From assembly GCA_041640595.1 (NCBI GenBank), contig JBEPZY010000007.1, forward strand, positions 21,611 through 85,610: a DNA stretch of 64,000 nucleotides, read 5' to 3'. Both the position numbers and the translations under genes were made by a program. This DNA is from Gemmatales bacterium (GTDB taxonomy: Bacteria > Planctomycetota > Planctomycetia > Gemmatales > HRBIN36). The notes beneath the pieces were generated by a model. The model searched no databases. It worked only from the letters and a program-made list of their open reading frames with translations, and was not told the DNA's origin. Below are positions 59,282 through 64,000 of the stretch, in pieces; the stretch's first letter is position 1, and every line of letters begins with the position of its first letter.

Positions 59282-60187
59282 ATGACCTTTCGCCTGGCCC
59301 AGATTAGCGACCTGCATTTACCTTTTTGGCCTGGTCGTTGGCGATCCAGGGATTGCAGTCTGAAGCGGTTGGCTGGTTGGGTCAACATGCGCTGGTTGCG
59401 GAGGAGCGAGCTGTTCGCCCTGGCGGAGACCGTGGCCGCGAGCTTGGTGCGCGACATTCTGGCCAGACGACCCGACGCGATAGTAATGTGCGGCGATGTG
59501 GCTTGTCTGGGTTTTGAAGAAGAATTCGCGCAGGCAGCAGCATTATTGCGGCCACTGCTGGAAAACTTCCCCGGTTTAGCGGTGCCCGGCAATCACGACC
59601 ATTATTGTGCTGAGGCGGTGCTGTCACGATCGTTTGAAAGGCATTTCGCGGCCTGGCAGCAGGGTTTACGTGTGGAGAACGCTCATTATCCGTTCGCACT
59701 GGCGTTAGATTCAGCGACGCTGGTGGGTGTCAACTCGGCCCAGGCAACCTATTGGCCCTGGGATACACGAGGCCAGGTCGGGCCCGCGCAGCTAAAGCTC
59801 CTGGAAGAACTGCTCAAACGCTCCGCCAGCCGATCCCAGCGGTTGCTGCTGGTGACGCACTATCCTTACGTTCGGGCCGACGGCTCATTTGAAACTTATT
59901 TCCGCCGGCTTACCGATGCCGATGCGCTCGGTGAGTTGCTGGCCCGGTATGGTGTCGTGGCTTGGCTGCATGGCCACCGGCATTCCCCTTATTTCCATCC
60001 GCCGCAACTTGCACGCGGCTTTGCGCTGATTTGCAGCGGCAGCGCTACGCAACGCGGCATCTGGAGTTATTACGAACACCAGTGGGGGGAAAAAAGTTTG
60101 CACCTATCCCGACGGGCCTACTGGTTGCCGACGGACGAGTTTGTCGAAGTGAGTCAGACGGAAATCCCGCTGGTCACGGCAACGTGA
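59282..60187 (+). CDS. Calcineurin-like metallophosphoesterase
   Basis: SDLH, GD, PGNHD, THYP and HGHRH motifs. Confidence 0.88.
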   Translation: MTFRLAQISDLHLPFWPGRWRSRDCSLKRLAGWVNMRWLRRSELFALAETVAASLVRDILARRPDAIVMCGDVACLGFEEEFAQAAALLRPLLENFPGLAVPGNHDHYCAEAVLSRSFERHFAAWQQGLRVENAHYPFALALDSATLVGVNSAQATYWPWDTRGQVGPAQLKLLEELLKRSASRSQRLLLVTHYPYVRADGSFETYFRRLTDADALGELLARYGVVAWLHGHRHSPYFHPPQLARGFALICSGSATQRGIWSYYEHQWGEKSLHLSRRAYWLPTDEFVEVSQTEIPLVTAT

Positions 60188-60227
60188 TTTTTACAAGGCA
60201 GCGTTCAGACCTCTGTGTCTGGCGAGA

Positions 60228-61373
60228 TTAAGCGGCGACAATCTGGCTCAACGCCGCGCAGAGTGTTTCTATGTCCTGCTCGGTGTTGAATGGGCCGAGG
60301 CTTACACGCACCGTACCTTCTGGGAACGTTCCCAGCGCTTTATGGATGTACGGTGCGCAGTGTAAACCGGGCCGAACGGCAATGTCGAAGCTAGCGTCAA
60401 GAATGGCAGCTACTTCACTGGCTGGCCAGGCGTGGACGCGAAAACTAAGGGTCGCTACACGCCTGTCCGGGTCGCCGTGTCCATATACTTCAAAACCGTC
60501 GCGCTCGAGCAGCCATTGACGAAGCCGATCGACTAACTGCAACTCCTGCCGATGGATCGTTTCCAGGCCGCGCTCCTGAACGAAACGAATCCCGGCCACG
60601 AGTCCGGCGATGCCGAGGACGTTCGGGGTGCCCCCTTCAAGGTAATACGGCATTTCCCGCGGCTGAGTCGGACTGGATGAGTCGCCGCCTGTGCCACCTT
60701 CCCGCCAGGGGCGTAACTGCACCCGACTGCCAACATATAACCCTCCAGTTCCTGTCGGCCCGAGTAAACTCTTATGCCCGGGAAAAGCCAGCAGATCAAT
60801 GCCCCATCCGCGGATATCAATGGGAATGACCCCTGCTGTCTGGGCAGCGTCGAGCAGGAACAGCACTTCGTGTTCACGAGCGATACGGGCAATCTCTGCG
60901 GCTGGCTGAACCGTACCCAGCACGTTGCTGGCATGTGTGAGAACTATCAGGCGAGTTTTCGATGTGATAGCGCGGCGAATGTCATCGGGGTGTACCGTCC
61001 CGCTGCTGTCGGCCGGAACGCGGGTCAGAGTGATCACCTTCGCATCCGCGAGCGCTTGCAAAGGTCGGCTGACGCTGTTGTGTTCGAGGTTCGTCGTAAC
61101 TACGTGGTCACCTTCGCGGAGCACGCCTTTGATGGCCATGTTGAGTCCGTCGGTGCAATTGAGCGTGAAAATGAACCGCTCTGGGCCTTCGCCATTGAAG
61201 AACTGATTCAGCACGTGCCGGGCTTCGTCGAGCATACGTTCCGAAGCCACCGCCAGACGATGCCCGGCCCGGCCAGGATTCGCCAGGCGCGTTCGCGCAA
61301 ATTCGTCCATGGCCCTATAAACCGACTCAGGTTTGGGAAAAGTCGTGGCTGCGTTGTCCAAATATGTCGTCAT
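60228..61373 (-). CDS. Cysteine desulfurase-family class-V aminotransferase
   Basis: YLDNAATTFPKP, EHNSV, HASNV, DAAQ, PGHKSL and RPGLHCAP. Confidence 0.93.
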   Translation of the reverse strand: MTTYLDNAATTFPKPESVYRAMDEFARTRLANPGRAGHRLAVASERMLDEARHVLNQFFNGEGPERFIFTLNCTDGLNMAIKGVLREGDHVVTTNLEHNSVSRPLQALADAKVITLTRVPADSSGTVHPDDIRRAITSKTRLIVLTHASNVLGTVQPAAEIARIAREHEVLFLLDAAQTAGVIPIDIRGWGIDLLAFPGHKSLLGPTGTGGLYVGSRVQLRPWREGGTGGDSSSPTQPREMPYYLEGGTPNVLGIAGLVAGIRFVQERGLETIHRQELQLVDRLRQWLLERDGFEVYGHGDPDRRVATLSFRVHAWPASEVAAILDASFDIAVRPGLHCAPYIHKALGTFPEGTVRVSLGPFNTEQDIETLCAALSQIVAA

Positions 61374-61490
61374 TCGTGTGAGCCTCGTTTGCTATCGGTG
61401 CTCGACCAATCATGAACGCGATCTCTTTCAATGATATGCAACCTCCCGGGTTCCAGCATTTATCTGCCAGGGGATGCAGGCAAACCAGGT

Positions 61491-61585
61491 GCGGGAGTTT
61501 CGCATCGCTCACGGATATGCCAGCGAACGCCTCAAACCCCGGAAGAAGTTTTCGCCCAATTATCGCGGGAGTTTTGCATCGCTCA
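61491..61585. repeat. 21-nt direct repeat pair, 74-nt period
   Basis: GCGGGAGTTTCGCATCGCTCA (61491-61511) and GCGGGAGTTTTGCATCGCTCA (61565-61585), 20/21 identical. Confidence 0.8.
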
Positions 61586-61626
61586 TTCAGGGTTTTGCCA
61601 ACTCGTGTCCTCCCCGGAACTGGCAC

Positions 61627-62118
61627 TTACAAGCCAGCTCCTGCTGCCACGCGATGAACGAAAGCATGGCACAAAGCACAGGCAAGTGCGTCGGCAATAT
61701 CTGCTGGTTCCGGGAGTCGGGTCAGTCCAAGTTCCGTGCGGATCACCCGCTGGATCTGGTCTTTGCTTGCACGACCGCTGCCTGTAATGGTTTTTTTGAT
61801 GCGTGTAGCCTCGTAAGAAGCCACTGGAATGCCAGCGCAAGCGGCACAGGCCAGAATGACACCGCGAGCATGGGCCATAAGCACAGCCGTGCGGGGATGA
61901 GCATAATGGGAGTATAGCTCTTCTACCGCCAGTACGTTGGGTCGGGTGGCCACGAGCAATTCTTCCAGACTCGCCCATAAGGATTGCAAACGTTTCGGCA
62001 GATCGCTGCCCTGAGTGCGAAGCACGCCAGCCTCAACCAGGTGCACCTTCTCCGGGCGAAAGGCAATCACACCGTAGCCGGTTACGTGCAAGCCGGGATC
62101 AATACCGAGAATCCGCAC
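61627..62118 (-). CDS. ruvC: Holliday junction resolvase RuvC
   Basis: ILGIDPG, AVEE, HARGV, KKTITGSGRASKDQI and DIADALA. Confidence 0.96.
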   Translation of the reverse strand: MRILGIDPGLHVTGYGVIAFRPEKVHLVEAGVLRTQGSDLPKRLQSLWASLEELLVATRPNVLAVEELYSHYAHPRTAVLMAHARGVILACAACAGIPVASYEATRIKKTITGSGRASKDQIQRVIRTELGLTRLPEPADIADALACALCHAFVHRVAAGAGL

Positions 62119-62145
62119 TGGTCGTTCCTCAAATGTCCAGCGGTT

Positions 62146-62330
62146 AGTGGCTTTACAAGTGGCCAGTAGTTAGTGGCTAGTGGCCAGTTGCCGGAAAATG
62201 ATTTGGCTAATGGCCAGTTGCCGGTGAAGCGTGTGGCTACTGTTCAGTGGCCTTGCAAGTGGCGAGTGGTTAGTGGGTAGTGCCAGTTGCCGGAAAATCA
62301 TTTGGCTGATGGCCAGTTCCCGGTGGAGCG
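62146..62330. repeat. About 85-nt tandem duplication (100-nt period) built on AGTGGC-like short units
   Basis: 62146-62231 and 62246-62330 align nearly end to end, e.g. GCCAGTTGCCGGAAAAT(G/C)ATTTGGCT(A/G)ATGGCCAGTT. Confidence 0.85.
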
Positions 62331-62334
62331 ACGG

Positions 62335-62430
62335 TTGGCGGATAAGTTCGATATGCTGCCGACCGTTGACGCCATGCAGCCCGTTTCCGTTCACATTGCA
62401 TTGCCGAGTAAGTTCAGCAGGCTGCCGACC
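62335..62430. repeat. 30-nt degenerate direct repeat pair, 66-nt period
   Basis: TTGGCGGATAAGTTCGATATGCTGCCGACC and TTGCCGAGTAAGTTCAGCAGGCTGCCGACC, 23/30 identical; related copy at 41418-41439. Confidence 0.55.
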
Positions 62431-62496
62431 CTGGTATGGCCAGGCGAAAACGGATGTGCTCTCAGTTCGTGAGGTTGGAAATAGGCTGATCGGCGG

Positions 62497-63981
62497 CTAG
62501 GGTTCCAGACGCCAGGTGCTGCCACTGGGCCGGTCTTCTACAACGATGCCCAGTTCTTTGAGGCGACTGCGAATCAAGTCCGCCAGGGCGAATTGTTTTT
62601 GTTTGCGACATTCCGCCCGCACATCCAGGAGCAGCTGCACAAGATTGCTTACCAGCCGATCGGAAGCGGTTTGAGCAGGGATAATCGGCGGCGTGAGGAA
62701 CAAACCCAGGATGTGCGTCAACTCACGCAATACCACGACGGCCTGCCGAAAGCTGGCAACAACGTTAGCCGACCGACGTTCAGGGTCTTCGAGATGGTGT
62801 TCATCAGCATAGCGGTTCAGTGTCGAGAGCAACTCGAACAACAGGCCGATTGCTCCCTGTGTGTTGAAGTCGTCGTCCATTTCGTCCAGGAATTTCTGCC
62901 GCAACTGCAAGACTTCCTGAGCAAATGTGCCATTCGGAATGTTGAATTCCTGTCGCCGAGTCGGTGCACTAAGTTCGTAGAAAGACTCCCCGGTGATACG
63001 CTGATAACGCTCGAAAAAGCGGTAAAAGGCTCCGAGGCTTTTGTGCAGTGCCTCCAGGCGTTGCTCGGAAAATTCGATGGGGCTGCGGTAATGCGTACTG
63101 AGCAGGAAGAAGCGAAGCGTCTCACCAGGATAACGCTGCAGAAGGTCGTGGACATTGACGACATTGCCCACGGAGCCAGCCATCTTTGTCTGACCGAATT
63201 TCAATAAGCCGTTATGCATCCAGTAGCGGACAAACGGTTTGCCGGTGTACGATTCGGACTGAGCCAGTTCATTTTCGTGATGTGGGAATTGCAGATCGAG
63301 ACCGCCTCCGTGAATGTCGAGGGTTTCGCCAAGATAACGCATACTCATGGCGGAACATTCGATGTGCCAGCCAGGTCGGCCGGGACCCCAGGGACTTTCC
63401 CATGCTGGCTCGCCAGGTTTGGCCGATTTCCACAACGCGAAGTCGCCGGGATGGCGCTTCTTCTCGCTTACTTCAACGCGGGCACCGGCGGCCATTTGCT
63501 CCGGGTCGCGGTGACAGAGTTTGCCATAGTCCGGGTCACTGGTCACGTCGAAATAAACGTCGCCGTTAGCCACATAGGCGTGCCCTTTGGCAATCAGACC
63601 TTCGATGAGGCGGATCATATCGGGAATATGCTCGGTCGCCCTGGGCATGTAACGAATGCCGCTGACGTGCAGAGCTTGCAGACAGGCCAGGTAGTCCTCC
63701 GTGTTACGCTTCGCCAGTTCCTGGACAGTGGTTTGTTCCTCACGGGCCCGGGCAATGAGTTTGTCATCCACATCGGTAATATTCAACACCCAGATGACTT
63801 CATAACCCAGATACTCAAAATAACGCCGCACGGTATCAAAGATTACCGGTCCGACCATGTGGCCGATATGCGCGGGCTTATAAACGGTTGGCCCGCACGT
63901 GTACATTTTTACCTTCCCTGGCTCGACTGGAGCAAACGGTTCTTTCTGGCGTGTCAGTGTGTTATAAATCCGCAAGCTCAT
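62497..63981 (-). CDS. cysS: Cysteine--tRNA ligase
   Basis: MYTCGPTVY, HIGH, DFALWK, GRPGWHIECSAM, HGGGLDLQFPHHENE and MDDDFNT; KMSKS motif appears as KMAGS. Confidence 0.97.
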   Translation of the reverse strand: MSLRIYNTLTRQKEPFAPVEPGKVKMYTCGPTVYKPAHIGHMVGPVIFDTVRRYFEYLGYEVIWVLNITDVDDKLIARAREEQTTVQELAKRNTEDYLACLQALHVSGIRYMPRATEHIPDMIRLIEGLIAKGHAYVANGDVYFDVTSDPDYGKLCHRDPEQMAAGARVEVSEKKRHPGDFALWKSAKPGEPAWESPWGPGRPGWHIECSAMSMRYLGETLDIHGGGLDLQFPHHENELAQSESYTGKPFVRYWMHNGLLKFGQTKMAGSVGNVVNVHDLLQRYPGETLRFFLLSTHYRSPIEFSEQRLEALHKSLGAFYRFFERYQRITGESFYELSAPTRRQEFNIPNGTFAQEVLQLRQKFLDEMDDDFNTQGAIGLLFELLSTLNRYADEHHLEDPERRSANVVASFRQAVVVLRELTHILGLFLTPPIIPAQTASDRLVSNLVQLLLDVRAECRKQKQFALADLIRSRLKELGIVVEDRPSGSTWRLEP

Positions 63982-64000
63982 GGCTTATCAAGTGACCATT

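Noticed and set aside
61627..62118. RuvC as a Cas12/TnpB-like nuclease partnering cas6
   Set aside because: It is a 163-aa canonical Holliday-junction resolvase in a housekeeping context next to cysS.

Overview
Chromosomal segment of a Planctomycetota bacterium, probably Gemmatales-like. This is inferred from DUF1501, DUF1570 and DUF1571 proteins, a PQQ-like beta-propeller, a sulfatase, two Ser/Thr kinases, an FHA-GAF-sigma54 activator and scattered housekeeping genes (purE, trpC, ruvC, cysS). No rRNA, tRNA, transposase or integrase was recognised. Two accessory modules stand out. (1) At 27.2-39.9 kb is a more AT-rich cluster for a legionaminic-acid-type nonulosonic acid (LegX/B/C/F/I/G-like enzymes). 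It is bracketed by a HisH-like/amidotransferase/HisF-like amidination module and carries two paralogous unannotated GT-B-like proteins, one containing an A9 tract. (2) At 52.4-55.1 kb is an orphan CRISPR-accessory cassette: Cas6, an APE2256-family CARF protein with an extra C-terminal, possibly RelE-like domain, and a 38-aa membrane peptide missing from the ORF track. No cas1, cas10 or canonical array is in the window, but a degenerate 3-repeat/2-spacer element with CRISPR geometry lies 7.7 kb upstream (44567-44723). Also noted: two correctly spaced sigma54 promoter motifs, several intergenic direct-repeat pairs spaced 64-74 nt apart, and many proteins ending in Ala-Ala. All family calls come from motif recognition by eye; no database search was run.
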